Source: Cenarchaeum sp.
GTDB lineage: Archaea > Thermoproteota > Nitrososphaeria > Nitrososphaerales > Nitrosopumilaceae
NCBI GenBank assembly: GCA_965242695.1
Contig: CBDESU010000001.1
Span: forward strand, 1,376,001-1,440,000
Length of the DNA stretch: 64,000 bases
Reading direction: 5' to 3'
The notes beneath the pieces are model-generated. The model saw only the letters and a program-made list of their open reading frames with translations, did not search any database and was not told where the DNA came from. The stretch's first letter is position 1, and every line of letters begins with the position of its first letter. The position numbers and the translations under genes are program-made. Shown in pieces: positions 46,111-56,651 of the stretch.

Positions 46111-48480
46111 TCAGGGGGCATGCTGGGGGGCCGCGGCCCCTCGCGCGGAAGCGACGGAGGACAGGTCGCTCCAGAACCCCTTGAAGCTTGGCCGCCCCTT
46201 TCCTAGGCGGTACTCGACGATCTTTGCGACCGCTGCAAGGCAGGAGTCGAGCTGCCCCGGGCTCGGAGGAGAATTTAGGGACAGTGCGAATGCGCCGCAC
46301 CTCCGTGCCCGGCCCACGGCGGCAGGAGAGACCGCGCCGGCAGGGTCGGCCGAGCCCACCGCAAGGCACTCCCGGTCCAGGCCCGGAGGGGCATCGCCGC
46401 CGACGAGCAGTATTGCGGCCCCGTTGAAGCCCGGCTCGGCGCCCGACATGGCGCTTATGATCGACATGGCCACCGCCGGATCCTGGGCGTCGACCGCGAC
46501 GAGGTAGAATCTGTCGTCGCTCGACTCAACTGCGGCGGCGGCGATGCGCACGCTCCGATCGCCCAGATCCGCATCAAAGGGGGCATCCAGTTGCGTCGCA
46601 TCGCCCACGCCGAAGCTTATTCCCTTGCGCTCCTTGAATGCCCGCGCCAGCAGATCGATGGAGACGGTACGGACCATGGCTAGGTTGTTCCTTGAGGCGT
46701 CCGTGTGGCCCCGCAAAACGTCGGGAGAGGCCGACGGCTGGCCGGGCCGTCCCACATCCGCGCGGCACTGTGCCATGCCGTCGGGCAGCGAGACGGGGAC
46801 AATGTCCCCGATTGCGGAGATCAGAAGGTCGGGCCGGTCATCGGCCGCGTCCCGTCCAAAGCCCCCGCCGTGCCCGTCCAGCACGCTGCGGCAGTCGGCA
46901 AGGTCGGCCATCGCGGCCAGCAGCGAGTCGTACGCGCCGGCAAACGCGCGCTCCTCCTCCACGTGCGTCCCCCCCTTGAACGAGGAAAGCCTGCCCTGCG
47001 CCACGTATGCATCGCCGCTCCTCTTCAGGTACCCCTCGGCGATGAGCGCATCCAAGAGATCCCGCGCCGCCGACGCCTCGTGGGGCTTGAGATCCCTCCT
47101 CTCGCCGCCGATGCTGATGTGCGACTCGCCCGCCTCTACCGGGACGCCCGGGGTCGACTCCAGCGCTGCGGCCACATCGTACATCGCATCCAGCATGCCG
47201 TCGTTCTTCTCCTGCATCGATGGCAGGTCGAAGGCCTTTCGATCGTATACGTACCTGATCGCCCTCTGCAGGTTGGCCGCGGTCGCCTCGGCGTCGCCCA
47301 GGGCCGCCCTTATGACCGGTCGCCCCCGCCCGTCCGTCTCCGCCCTGCGGTCGCGTATGGCCCTGTACAGGTCGAAAAAGTCGGCCCTTGACCTGTAGCA
47401 AAGGTAGCAGCGCAGGTCGTCGTACTGTTCGTCCGTCAACCCGCCGCCACGCTCCTCGGCGATCTCGTCGATGAACGCATCCATTTCCCCGAACAGCGAG
47501 CGCCGAACATACAGGCGCTCGGAGAACACGGTGTAGTTTGGGCCCTGCCTGTCGTCTAGGTCGCCCTCCCTGTCGGGGGACGTGATGAATACGTAGAGCG
47601 CGCCGCCCTGGTTGATGAGCATCTTGAGCGGGGCCATGACGGCGGCGATGCCCCCAGTGTGATCGGCCTTGTCGAACTCGTCGAGTATGAACACGATCTT
47701 GTGCCGCCCGGCGTGCCTCTGCAACATCCGCTCAAAGTCGCACTGCGTGTCGGCAAGGCCGTACTCGTGGCGCAGCATGTCCGTGGCCGCGCTGCGCCTC
47801 GCGCCGCGGTAGTTCGCCGTAGCCATGGCCGAGAGCGCGGCAGCGGCAGCGGCGCCGAGCGCGGCCGGCGCCCACGCATGCTCGTCGAGGAGCGCGTATC
47901 CGAGCAGGAGTAGGACCGGGGCCGCCACGCACGAGAGGCATGCGCCGACGGCAAGCGACCGCGTCCATTCCGTGGACGAGGTGCGCACGCTGGTCTTTTT
48001 TGCCGCGGTGGCGCTCTCGTAGATGCGGTCGAGATCGCCGCGCATGCCGCCGTCGATGGGATCGCGCGTACGGCTGCGGCTGCAACGCAGCAGCCTGCGG
48101 ACTCGGCCCAGGCGCCCCCGCATGCCGCCGCCGGCCGGGCCGTCGCGCGCGGCCTCGCGCCGCAGGGATCGGATGAGCGCCTCCAGGAACGACCTTGCGT
48201 CGACGGAGCCGTCCGGGTTTATCGACGTGGCCCGGATAAGGACGGGGACGAGCGTCCTGCCGTCTGGGCTGCGGCGCACTGCCTCGTTGACCGCCGCGAC
48301 GACCAGGCTGGTCTTGCCCGAGCCGCGCCGCCCGACCACGAGCAGGGACCCCTCGTCGCGCCTCTCGACAAAGTCGGCAACGGCCCCCAGCTCGCCGCTC
48401 CTGCTGATGTGGTGGCCCCGGGTCTGGCCGAGCCGCGGCTGGTAGTCCCAGTCGCCGCTTATGGCAAGGGTCGGGGGCAC
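46111..48480 (-). CDS. KAP-family-like P-loop NTPase, copy 2
   Basis: GRRGSGKT, two TM-like segments, IVFILDEFDK; clear paralogue of 28409..30838; TTAAAT box ~48503. Confidence 0.8.
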   Translation of the reverse strand: MPPTLAISGDWDYQPRLGQTRGHHISRSGELGAVADFVERRDEGSLLVVGRRGSGKTSLVVAAVNEAVRRSPDGRTLVPVLIRATSINPDGSVDARSFLEALIRSLRREAARDGPAGGGMRGRLGRVRRLLRCSRSRTRDPIDGGMRGDLDRIYESATAAKKTSVRTSSTEWTRSLAVGACLSCVAAPVLLLLGYALLDEHAWAPAALGAAAAAALSAMATANYRGARRSAATDMLRHEYGLADTQCDFERMLQRHAGRHKIVFILDEFDKADHTGGIAAVMAPLKMLINQGGALYVFITSPDREGDLDDRQGPNYTVFSERLYVRRSLFGEMDAFIDEIAEERGGGLTDEQYDDLRCYLCYRSRADFFDLYRAIRDRRAETDGRGRPVIRAALGDAEATAANLQRAIRYVYDRKAFDLPSMQEKNDGMLDAMYDVAAALESTPGVPVEAGESHISIGGERRDLKPHEASAARDLLDALIAEGYLKRSGDAYVAQGRLSSFKGGTHVEEERAFAGAYDSLLAAMADLADCRSVLDGHGGGFGRDAADDRPDLLISAIGDIVPVSLPDGMAQCRADVGRPGQPSASPDVLRGHTDASRNNLAMVRTVSIDLLARAFKERKGISFGVGDATQLDAPFDADLGDRSVRIAAAAVESSDDRFYLVAVDAQDPAVAMSIISAMSGAEPGFNGAAILLVGGDAPPGLDRECLAVGSADPAGAVSPAAVGRARRCGAFALSLNSPPSPGQLDSCLAAVAKIVEYRLGKGRPSFKGFWSDLSSVASARGAAAPQHAP

Positions 48481-48784
48481 GGCGCGCGGGTACCGGCGGG
48501 GAATTTAACCGGCGCGCGGGAGGCACGATCGGCGGCCGAAGGGGACTTTTCGTTGCCGCTTGTCCGCCAAAGGGGCAGAGCCGCCTAGGGGCGCTGCGGT
48601 CGATCCGCAGATCGCTAGGAGAACGGCCACATTCCCGCCCGTGTCGCGGCCGCTTTTGGTGCAGGAAACGCCGCTATCTCGGGCCGCATGCGGCGGGCGC
48701 AGCAGGCGCAGGGCCCGCCATGCAGGGCAACGACCACATTCGCACGCGCACGAGCCACGTCAGGGGCCGATGCGGGGCCGGCCG

Positions 48785-49306
48785 CTAGTGCTTGGGAAAC
48801 CTCTTGACGTGCCACCTGCCGGCCCGCTTGGTGGCAATGTAGTACGGGACCCTGTTCCTGACCAGCGTGCCGGCCGCGGCCCCTACGGCCGCGCCGATCA
48901 GCGTGCCGGCAAGCACGGCCAGCGCGGCGCGCCCGCCGCCGTCTTTGGATCCTCCGGAAGCCGCGCCGCTCGCAGTCGCCCCCGCCCCCGCCCCCGCGAT
49001 TATCGCCTTCGCCGCGTGCGAGACGACGCTGGACACGATCGCCTTGAACGCCACGACGCCGATGTCCAGCAGCGCCCTGTCGATCCTCGGTATGATGTCC
49101 TTGCAGTCGCCTCCCGTGTACACCAGCTCGACGGTGGCCTGCACGACGCCGTCGCCCATGTCGACCTCCCTCATGGTGGCCGACTCGAGCCTGCACGCCT
49201 TCCCGATGCGCCCCATCACATGCTCCTCGACTGCCTTGCACCGCTCGTACGAGGGCCGTGCGCGGTAGCAGTTGCACTCGAGCAGTATGGAGCGGACATT
49301 CTTCAC
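48785..49306 (-). CDS. Glycine-zipper membrane protein, copy 1
   Basis: AGAGAGA...LAGTLIGAAVGAAAG; paralogue of 53176..53715; GTGA-coupled to the upstream gene. Confidence 0.75.
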   Translation of the reverse strand: MKNVRSILLECNCYRARPSYERCKAVEEHVMGRIGKACRLESATMREVDMGDGVVQATVELVYTGGDCKDIIPRIDRALLDIGVVAFKAIVSSVVSHAAKAIIAGAGAGATASGAASGGSKDGGGRAALAVLAGTLIGAAVGAAAGTLVRNRVPYYIATKRAGRWHVKRFPKH

Positions 49307-49866
49307 GGTGCCCGCACCTCCCTTTGCGCCAGGGCCGGCGCGGGCGGCAGCATGCCGACGGCCGCCCCGACCAGCTCGCGCGCCCTGCGCCGGCCTCTCC
49401 CGGGCCGCGCGAACGAGGCCCAGTCGATCTCGGGGTACGATGCCAGGACCTACCTGGCCAGCATGGGGCCGTCGGCAGTCAGGTAGAACCTGCCGTCGGC
49501 AGTCCTGCATGCGCAGCCCGACCCGACAAGGTCGCGCACGGCTCGATCCTCCGGCACGGTCACGGCAGAGCCCGGCCCCACCGCCCCCTCGCCCAGCAGG
49601 CGCGCCATGATCCACGCGTCCTTTGTCGGGACGGGGTAGCACTCGGACTTTATGAGCGAGAACTGCGCATCGCTCGGGAGCGACGCCCATCCCCTCTCCG
49701 CCGCAGCGCCGCGCCACGACACGGCGTCGGCCACGATCCCGACCGCCCCGGCGCTCAGGCCGGTGCGCGCCGACACCTCGGCGTGCGACATCCCGCCCGC
49801 CTCGAGGAGCCGCATGGCCTCGCCGCAGGCGGCCGCCACATCGATCCCGCCGTCGGGCGCCTCCAT
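49303..49866 (-). pseudogene. HTH protein, copy 1, with in-frame TAG
   Basis: SHAEVSARTGLSAGAV HTH; TAG at 49450-49452, after which VLASYPEIDW... continues in frame as in 53712..54275. Confidence 0.75.
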
Positions 49867-49914
49867 GCAGGTGCGCCGAAAAACCTAGTCATAAAGGTTG
49901 TCCGCGACGCGCGG

Positions 49915-50238
49915 GTAGAGCCCGATGATGTCGAAACGGCCGTGCTGGTGTGCATGCGCCTGAACGGGCTAGTCGGGAACGCGTACAGAAGCATCCAAAT
50001 CGTCGAGCGGAGCATCGGCTGGAAAAGGCTGGCGTCGCACTACCGCACAAGGGCCAGGTTTTCCGCCGTGGCGAAGAGGCTTGTCAAGAAGGGCATGCTG
50101 GACGACCACGGCAAGAGCATGCGGGTGCTGTCCCTGAGCATGAGGGGGTTCATGGACGTGAACGCGTACCTGAAGGACAACCCCGATGCCGAGGATTCCC
50201 TCACCCTGATTTTTGAGGGGCGGGCCGGCTCGACGTGA
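49915..50238 (+). CDS. Winged-helix protein, copy 1 (start codon appears mutated to GTA)
   Basis: Same length as and collinear with 54326..54649; AKRLVKKGMLDDHGKSMRVLSLS. Confidence 0.6.
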   Translation, partial: VEPDDVETAVLVCMRLNGLVGNAYRSIQIVERSIGWKRLASHYRTRARFSAVAKRLVKKGMLDDHGKSMRVLSLSMRGFMDVNAYLKDNPDAEDSLTLIFEGRAGST

Positions 50239-51205
50239 CGAGGGCGGGCCGTGCGCGGCGCAGCCCGCATTGCGGCTGCGACGGCGGCCGCGGGCGCGCC
50301 CCTCTTGGCCGGAGAGTCGCACGGCAAGCGGGACTAACGGGCGCCGGCGTGGGTAAGGCAGGCGCTCGGATTCGACGTCGATGCCCAGATATCGAGTCCG
50401 AGATTCTTATCGCATTGGCGTGCCTCATAGAGAATGGCATCGTGTAGGTGTTGGAGCCGGCCGACTGCGGCATTGTGGGCAGGGGAGGCCTTTGCGGACG
50501 TGCGGGGCCAACCCGAGCTCGTTGCACCCCGACAGCACGGCCGCCGAGTGGCTCAAGGACATGTGCCTGCTCGAGGACAACGTGGAGTGGCTCAACTCGG
50601 TCCACAGACGCCCGCGCGATGTAGAGGTCGGGGGGGGGCGGGGGCCGGCAGAGTACGGCGTGGAGAATGCGTTCTACAGCAAGGACAAAAAGTCGACTGC
50701 GATGTGTTGTGAGTACGTGGATGCATCCATGAGAGGAGGCGCCGGCAAGTACGACGACCCCGATGCGGCAGGCGAGTTCGCCTACAGCGTCCTTGACTGC
50801 ACCATGCCGCACGAGGTCGGGCACGCCCTCATCGATGTGTACGGCCTTCCGACGACCGGCATGGAGGAGTATGCAGACGACCAGTTCAGCGCCCTCATCC
50901 AGTCGCGCACGTACGGCGACTACGACCCGTACTTCGAGACGGGGCAGGTCATGATGCTCGACATGTCCGAATGGTGGAGGTACGTGTCGGAGTACAGGGA
51001 GGCGAGCCACTGGGTCGTCCACTCGCTCAACGAGCGGCGGTTCTACAACATTGCATGCTACGCGTACGGGGCAGACCCAGAGTACAACGCCGATCTGGTC
51101 GGCCTCGACTACCTGCCCCACAGCAGGGCAAAGACGTGCCCCGGCGAGTACGAGAAGATGTCGTCGAGCTGGGACAGGCTCTTGGACGGGTACCTTGTGG
51201 AGTAG
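50235..51205 (+). pseudogene. DUF4344-like metallopeptidase, copy 5, decayed at the 5' end
   Basis: Frameshifts and TAG (50445-50447) in the N-terminal part; C-terminal HEVGH region open. Confidence 0.8.
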
Positions 51206-51570
51206 GGGCCGCGGCGGCGACAATGGCGCAGAATTGCAAGGACATCCGCAGCCCAAGGCCCTGACGGGAGAGGCATATCGGGTTCCGCCCCCCCCCCTCC
51301 CCCGATCGCCGCGCCGCGCCGCCTCCGGTACAGGCGCGGCCGGGCCGGCGCGGCTCCACCGATGTGGCATCCCAATGGCGGCCAGCCCCCCGGACTCGCG
51401 GGCGCAGTATGGGCGGCAGCAGTGGTCGCACTGGCTGCAAGGGAGTGGACGGCGGTGCGGGGGGCAAGGGCGGCGGACCACCTCGAGTCCGCCACAATGA
51501 CGGATGCGCGCGCGCGAGGAGCCCCGATGTGCGTGCAGGACTTAAAGCGTCCCGGCCCCGAGCCGCCGCG

Positions 51571-51885
51571 GTGAAGATAGGGGGAGTAGAGTTCGCAGGG
51601 CCGTACGAGGAGGAAAGGCTGCAGGGCAGGCCCGGCGTCTATGTCGTGCTGGACGAGAGGTACCACAACGGCGAGCCCTGGCACAATCCGGTCTACGTGG
51701 GCGAGGCAGAGCTAGTGCATAGGGAGGTCTGGGAGCACCCCGACAGGGAGTGCTGGGACGAGAACGTGGAGGGGATGATCGTCTTTGCGGTCCTGTACAT
51801 GGACGGCCTCAACGTGGCACACAGAAGGCGCATTGCGACAGAGGTGGAGGCCGAGTGCGGCGAGATTCCGTGCGGCGATCCCTGA
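51571..51885 (+). CDS. GIY-YIG-like small protein (104 aa)
   Basis: PGVYVVL...VYVGEA; TTAAA box at 51542, ~29 nt before GTG. Confidence 0.7.
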   Translation: MKIGGVEFAGPYEEERLQGRPGVYVVLDERYHNGEPWHNPVYVGEAELVHREVWEHPDRECWDENVEGMIVFAVLYMDGLNVAHRRRIATEVEAECGEIPCGDP

Positions 51886-52004
51886 TCGTCGCCCCGACGG
51901 GACGGCTGCGGGGGCAACGGCGCCGCATGTCGGGGGATCACCGCCGTACAATCTGTCCATCAAGGTCCCGCATGCCTTCACCCCGGGCCCCGACACGGGT
52001 GCCA

Positions 52005-52766
52005 TTATGCCCCGGGCCAGGCATCCGTGTAGGCAGACATGTCGGCCCGCTGGGCCCCGAGCGAGACGGTGCTCAGCCGCATCTTGATCATGTACTTCCC
52101 GTCCTTGAGCGTGATGTTGCCGACGTTGATCTGCTTTTGGATTTCCCCGTATGGAACCACCACGAACACGCTGTCACGATCCGTCCTCAGGACGAACACA
52201 TAGTGTGCTTCCGCCCCCGCAATTTTTTCGTGGGAGTCTTTGGGGAGATGGAATGTGTAGGAGTTGCCCCTCCTCTTTGACGACTTGACCTGTAACGGGT
52301 ATCTGATTCCGTCTCGGGTTGCCACTATGTCGATGCCCTCGTCAGGATCGGGCACGGTAGTGGCATATCCGAGGATGTTGAGGTGGCCCTCGACCAGGCG
52401 CTCGGCGCCAGTGCCAACAAGATGGACGGGGGACATCTTGGCCTTGGCCTTTGTCTTGGTCTTGGCGGCGGGAGGGGTGCCAGTCTCCGGCGCCGTGTTC
52501 CTTGGCACACCTGCCTTCCCGCCGAATGCGGCCCCGCGTCCGCGCAGATCGAACCTGCCGTCTTCAAGGGCCTCAAAGTGCGACTCGGCGCCCTTTTGCC
52601 GGGTGTTGTTTGTGAGCACGCCCTTCATCGTGGCCGAGGCGGCGTCGGTCGCATCGCATTCGAGAAGGCCGCGCTTGACCGCCCTCGCGACGATCTCATC
52701 GGCCGCAAGCGGCCCGCGGGACGCCTCCAGCACGGCAAGTGCCGACTTTAGGAACGGAAGTCCCAT
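52005..52766 (-). CDS. HARE-HTH + PD-(D/E)xK restriction-endonuclease-like protein
   Basis: N-terminal FLKSALAVLEASRGPL..EIV..A..RGL; C-terminal GAE..V...PDEGIDIVA...LQVKSS. Confidence 0.8.
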   Translation of the reverse strand: MGLPFLKSALAVLEASRGPLAADEIVARAVKRGLLECDATDAASATMKGVLTNNTRQKGAESHFEALEDGRFDLRGRGAAFGGKAGVPRNTAPETGTPPAAKTKTKAKAKMSPVHLVGTGAERLVEGHLNILGYATTVPDPDEGIDIVATRDGIRYPLQVKSSKRRGNSYTFHLPKDSHEKIAGAEAHYVFVLRTDRDSVFVVVPYGEIQKQINVGNITLKDGKYMIKMRLSTVSLGAQRADMSAYTDAWPGA

Positions 52767-53175
52767 GCGCGGAAGGCGGACTGCGCCGCTTTAAGTTCCC
52801 TGCGGGCCACAGGTGAGGGCGGGAGGCGTGCGGAGTGGCGGAGCAGTGCAGGGGCGGGAGGGGCACGGCGCTGCCGCCGAGCCACCTGCGGAACGAAGCC
52901 GCGTTGAAGAAAGGCCGCCGGACGCTGCTCCAAAGCCGATTGTCGCTAGACCGGCCCAGGGATCGCATCGCACCGAGGCATCCGGCAGGGCGCCGCAGTC
53001 GCTCTCGGCGGGGGCAATCGAGGCCGCCCGCAGTTTGCCGCACCGCATCGCCCCGATTCCTCCTAGTGGACTGCGGGAGGCGGATCGTGCTGTACGCGCT
53101 GCAGACGGGCAGGGCGCAAGACGACAAGTCCGCAACGGTAGGCACGCGGCTTACGCCGCGGCCCGGGGCCGGCCG

Positions 53176-53715
53176 CTAGCGATGCTTGGGAAGCCCCTTG
53201 AACTGCCACCTGCCGGACCGCTTGGCGGCGATGCAGTACGGCGCCCTGTCGTCGACGAGCTTTTCCACGGCCGCGCCGACGGCCGCGCCGACGGCGGCTC
53301 CGACCAGCGCGCCTGCAAGCGCGGTAAACGCAGTGCGCCTGCCCCCGTTTTTGGCTCCTCCGCCCGCCGCAGTGCCGCCCGCAAGCGCGCCCGTTCCCGC
53401 CCCCGCGATGATGGCCTCGGCCGCATGCGAGGCCACGGTGGACACGAGTGCCTTGAACGCCACGATTCCCGCGTCCAAGAGCGCCTTGTCGATCTGGGGG
53501 ATGATCTCCTTGCAGTCGCCCATCGTGTACACCAGCTCGAACGTGGCCTGCACGACGCCGCCGCCCATGTCGATCTCCCTCATGGTGGCAGACTCCAGCC
53601 CGCACAGATCCCCGACGGACACCATTACGTGGTCCTCCACCGCCCTGCACCGCTCGTGCGAGGGCTTTCCGCGGTAGCAGTTGCAGTCTAGCAGTATGGA
53701 GTGGACTTTCCTCAC
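53176..53715 (-). CDS. Glycine-zipper membrane protein, copy 2 (179 aa)
   Basis: LAGALVGAAVGAAVGAAV; CNC and other Cys conserved with copy 1. Confidence 0.78.
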   Translation of the reverse strand: MRKVHSILLDCNCYRGKPSHERCRAVEDHVMVSVGDLCGLESATMREIDMGGGVVQATFELVYTMGDCKEIIPQIDKALLDAGIVAFKALVSTVASHAAEAIIAGAGTGALAGGTAAGGGAKNGGRRTAFTALAGALVGAAVGAAVGAAVEKLVDDRAPYCIAAKRSGRWQFKGLPKHR

Positions 53716-54275
53716 GGTGCCGACACCCCCTCTTGCTCAAGAGGCGGCGCGGCGGGCGGCCGCATGGCGGAGGCCGTCCCGACCAGCTTGCGGGCTCTGC
53801 GCCTGGTGCCCCCGGTCCCCGAGTATGCAGCCCAGTCGATCTCTGGATACATCTCTTGGATGTCCTCTGCCAGCGGCGGGCCGTTGCCGGTAAGGTAGAA
53901 CGCACCGCCTGCCGCCTTGCAGGCGTGGCCCGACCTGACAAGGCCGCGCATGGACCGGTCCTCGAACGTGCGCACGGCCGAGCCTGGGCCTACCGCCCCC
54001 TGCCCTAGCAGGCGCGCCATTGTCCACGCCTTCCTTGTGGGGGAGGGATAGCACTCGGACTTTATAAGTGAGAATTTTGCGTCGTCCGGGAGCGACTCCC
54101 ATCCTCGCTCCGATGCGGCCCCGCGCCGCAACACGGCATCGGCGACGATTTTGACGGCCCCGACGCTCAGGCCGGTACGCGCGGACACCTCGGCGTGCGA
54201 CCGGCCGCCCTCAAGAAGGCCCATGGCCCTGCCGCAGGCGGTGGGCACGCCGATCTTGCCGGTGGGGATCTCCAC
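53712..54275 (-). CDS. HTH protein, copy 2 (187 aa)
   Basis: SHAEVSARTGLSVGAV; C-terminal wHTH-like LVRSG...FYLTGNG. Confidence 0.75.
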   Translation of the reverse strand: MEIPTGKIGVPTACGRAMGLLEGGRSHAEVSARTGLSVGAVKIVADAVLRRGAASERGWESLPDDAKFSLIKSECYPSPTRKAWTMARLLGQGAVGPGSAVRTFEDRSMRGLVRSGHACKAAGGAFYLTGNGPPLAEDIQEMYPEIDWAAYSGTGGTRRRARKLVGTASAMRPPAAPPLEQEGVSAP

Positions 54276-54325
54276 GCAGGGGCCCCGAACAATCTAGATA
54301 TAATAGTTGCCCCCTACGCGCGATC

Positions 54326-54649
54326 GTGGAGCCCAAGGACGTGGAGACGGCCGTGCTCGTACGCATGTACGAGAAGGGGCTGGTCGGCGGCGAGTACAGG
54401 AGCCGGCAGATGGTGGAGCGGAGCATCGGCTGGAGCAGGCTGGCGTCGCACTACCGCGCAAGGCCCAGGTTCACCGCCTTGGCCAAGAGGCTCGTCAAGG
54501 GCGGACTCCTCGACGACCACGGCAAGAGCATGCGTGTGCTGTCCCTTACCGCGGAGGGGGCCGCGCACGTGGGGAGGTACCTGAGGGGCAACCCAGATGC
54601 GTCGGCATCCCTTGAGCGGGTACTGGAGGGCCGGGCAGGCTCGGCGTAG
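54326..54649 (+). CDS. Winged-helix protein, copy 2 (107 aa)
   Basis: Divergent from 54275 across a 50-bp spacer containing ATATAATA; paralogue at 49915. Confidence 0.75.
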   Translation: MEPKDVETAVLVRMYEKGLVGGEYRSRQMVERSIGWSRLASHYRARPRFTALAKRLVKGGLLDDHGKSMRVLSLTAEGAAHVGRYLRGNPDASASLERVLEGRAGSA

Positions 54650-54707
54650 CGCCTGGCAGTCCAGCCGCGCGCGGCGGCAGGCGGGTCACCGGCTGGCTGG
54701 CAGGCGG

Positions 54708-55190
54708 CTACGATCGGCGCCAGTGCTTGACAGCTGCCGCGGTCCCCAGTCCCGCCACGAATCCCAGTCCCGCGTAAGCTAGCGACTCCAAGGCGGTGGG
54801 ATTCTCGGGGTGCACGACCACCGGGCGCCGGCAGGTCGAGGGCACGTCCCGCACCCTTTGGAACGGGATGCGCAGGCTGCGGAGGATGCGCAGGACGTGG
54901 CGGTGCGAAGAGTAGCTGTGCTCGGGGTTCAGGTGCGCAAACGGGTACTCGGGCGGCGGCTCCGCCTCGGACTCGATCACGCCGTTTGGCATGGCCTTGA
55001 TGTGGATCTGCTCGTACTCGGACGTCCTGAGCCTCAGGCCCCAGGCCTGGCCGTGGTCCTCCTCGAGTGTCTGCGGCTTAAAGCCGAGGCCGGCCAGTTT
55101 TTTCTTGAGCAGTCGAAGCATGCCCGCATCGATGCTAAAGCACCTGCAGTGGTGCCGGTCGTGGCGCTTGCGGCCGCCTGAACTGGCCAT
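54708..55190 (-). CDS. Hypothetical protein with C-terminal TM anchor (160 aa)
   Basis: TTATAAT box ~25 nt upstream; C-terminal LAYAGLGFVAGLGTAAAV followed by basic residues. Confidence 0.7.
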   Translation of the reverse strand: MASSGGRKRHDRHHCRCFSIDAGMLRLLKKKLAGLGFKPQTLEEDHGQAWGLRLRTSEYEQIHIKAMPNGVIESEAEPPPEYPFAHLNPEHSYSSHRHVLRILRSLRIPFQRVRDVPSTCRRPVVVHPENPTALESLAYAGLGFVAGLGTAAAVKHWRRS

Positions 55191-55664
55191 GGCCGGCGGA
55201 CGGCAGGCCCCATTATAAGGCTTGCGGATCGCTTGTCCGCGGCGTGGCAGGCATCCTGCGAGGCGCGGCGAACGGGGCAGGATGCGGCTGGGGGAGGGGG
55301 GCGGATTCGGTGCGCGCATCCATGGCGAAAAAAAGGGGCGCGGCGCCGCGGCATGGGCAGTCCGAACGCCGCCCTGCGCGGGCGGCTGATGCAGGCGGAT
55401 CGTGGACGGGTGGCAGGAGGGGGACGGCGGCGGGCTGTCCCCACCCCCCCCCCCCCTCTCCGCTACCGGACGGGCTGGGCGGAGACGTCCCCCAATCCCG
55501 CCCGGGCTGGCAAGAAAGGGATCGGAAAAGGCAGCAGGTGCAGTGTCCTGGCCCGAACCCTGCCGCGGGAGGGGGCACCGCGACAGGCTCCAGCTCAGGG
55601 AGGGGGAAGATCTGCACGGATCAAAAAATCTGAGGGGGCTGGACGCCGGCCGGCACCATCAGCA

Positions 55665-55916
55665 CTAGAGCGTGCCATCCTGCCTCTTTGCGTTGTTTTC
55701 CCACTGGAGGGGGCGCAGGTTGGACAGATCCTCTCCACCTCCTTTTGATTCGGGGAGGATGTGATCTACGTTCCAACCATTCTGCGTCTGCTGTCCATAC
55801 TCGGGCCACTTCATGGCAGTGCCGTATGCGTCGCGGCGCCATATGCCAGCATCGTAGCCTTGAATCGGCGTGCCCTTGTCCCAGATCTTTTGCAGTTTTT
55901 CTAGCGTGTATCCCAT
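55665..55916 (-). CDS. Stand-alone HNH endonuclease, copy 2 (83 aa)
   Basis: GWNVDHILPESKGGGEDLSNLRPLQWENN. Confidence 0.85.
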   Translation of the reverse strand: MGYTLEKLQKIWDKGTPIQGYDAGIWRRDAYGTAMKWPEYGQQTQNGWNVDHILPESKGGGEDLSNLRPLQWENNAKRQDGTL

Positions 55917-56555
55917 GTCGGCGGCTGGCAAAGCGGGCGGCTATAACTGTTCCGCGGCGCCGCCCGGCGTACGAGCGCGGCCCGCAAGTCCCCGCGGGCG
56001 CAGGACGCCACACGCGATCCATGGCGGCATCGGCCAACCTGCGCGCCGCCCCCTACATCGGGGCTTGCGGCAGGGCCTCCGCGCCCGCATTCCTGACCTG
56101 AGAGCTCGCAGCATGCGCTACGGCGCTGGAAGAGGTCAGGGATGCCAGGACGGGCAGGCCGCATGCGTTGCGACATCCTTCAACGCCCGCCTGGGCGCCC
56201 CGTGTGCCGGCGGCCCTGAGGAATGGCCCGACACATCGGGCAGAATTCGACACAGGGGCGAGGGAAAAGGCGGCCGGCCGCGACATGGCGTAGGAAGAAG
56301 AAAACTGAAGTTGTGTAGACCCCACAACGGCCGGCGCAGGCGGCGCGGCCACGCGGCGCGTCCCGCCTGCTGGGATCAGGTGCTGGAAAAATGGGGGAGG
56401 GGCCGAGGAGGGGCGTTTGCGCCGCCCTCGGGCCGCCTTGGACGCCGCCCCCGCCGCTAGCGGTAGGGGAGGCGCGCGCTCAGAAGAGGGGCCGGGTCGT
56501 GGCGGGCGCGCCGGCTACGCCGCCGCCTGCGCCATGACGCATCTCCGCGCTCTTC

Positions 56556-56651
56556 TCAGCATCGCTGTTCCCTTGTGGACAGCCACTCGCATAGCCCGAA
56601 TGCGGCTACCTTGATGGCGATACAAAGGATTGCTATGTGCAACTTCTTCAT
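56556..56651 (-). CDS. 31-aa hydrophobic peptide, copy 2
   Basis: Identical to 32358..32453 including the GGAGGTGA site. Confidence 0.65.
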   Translation of the reverse strand: MKKLHIAILCIAIKVAAFGLCEWLSTREQRC

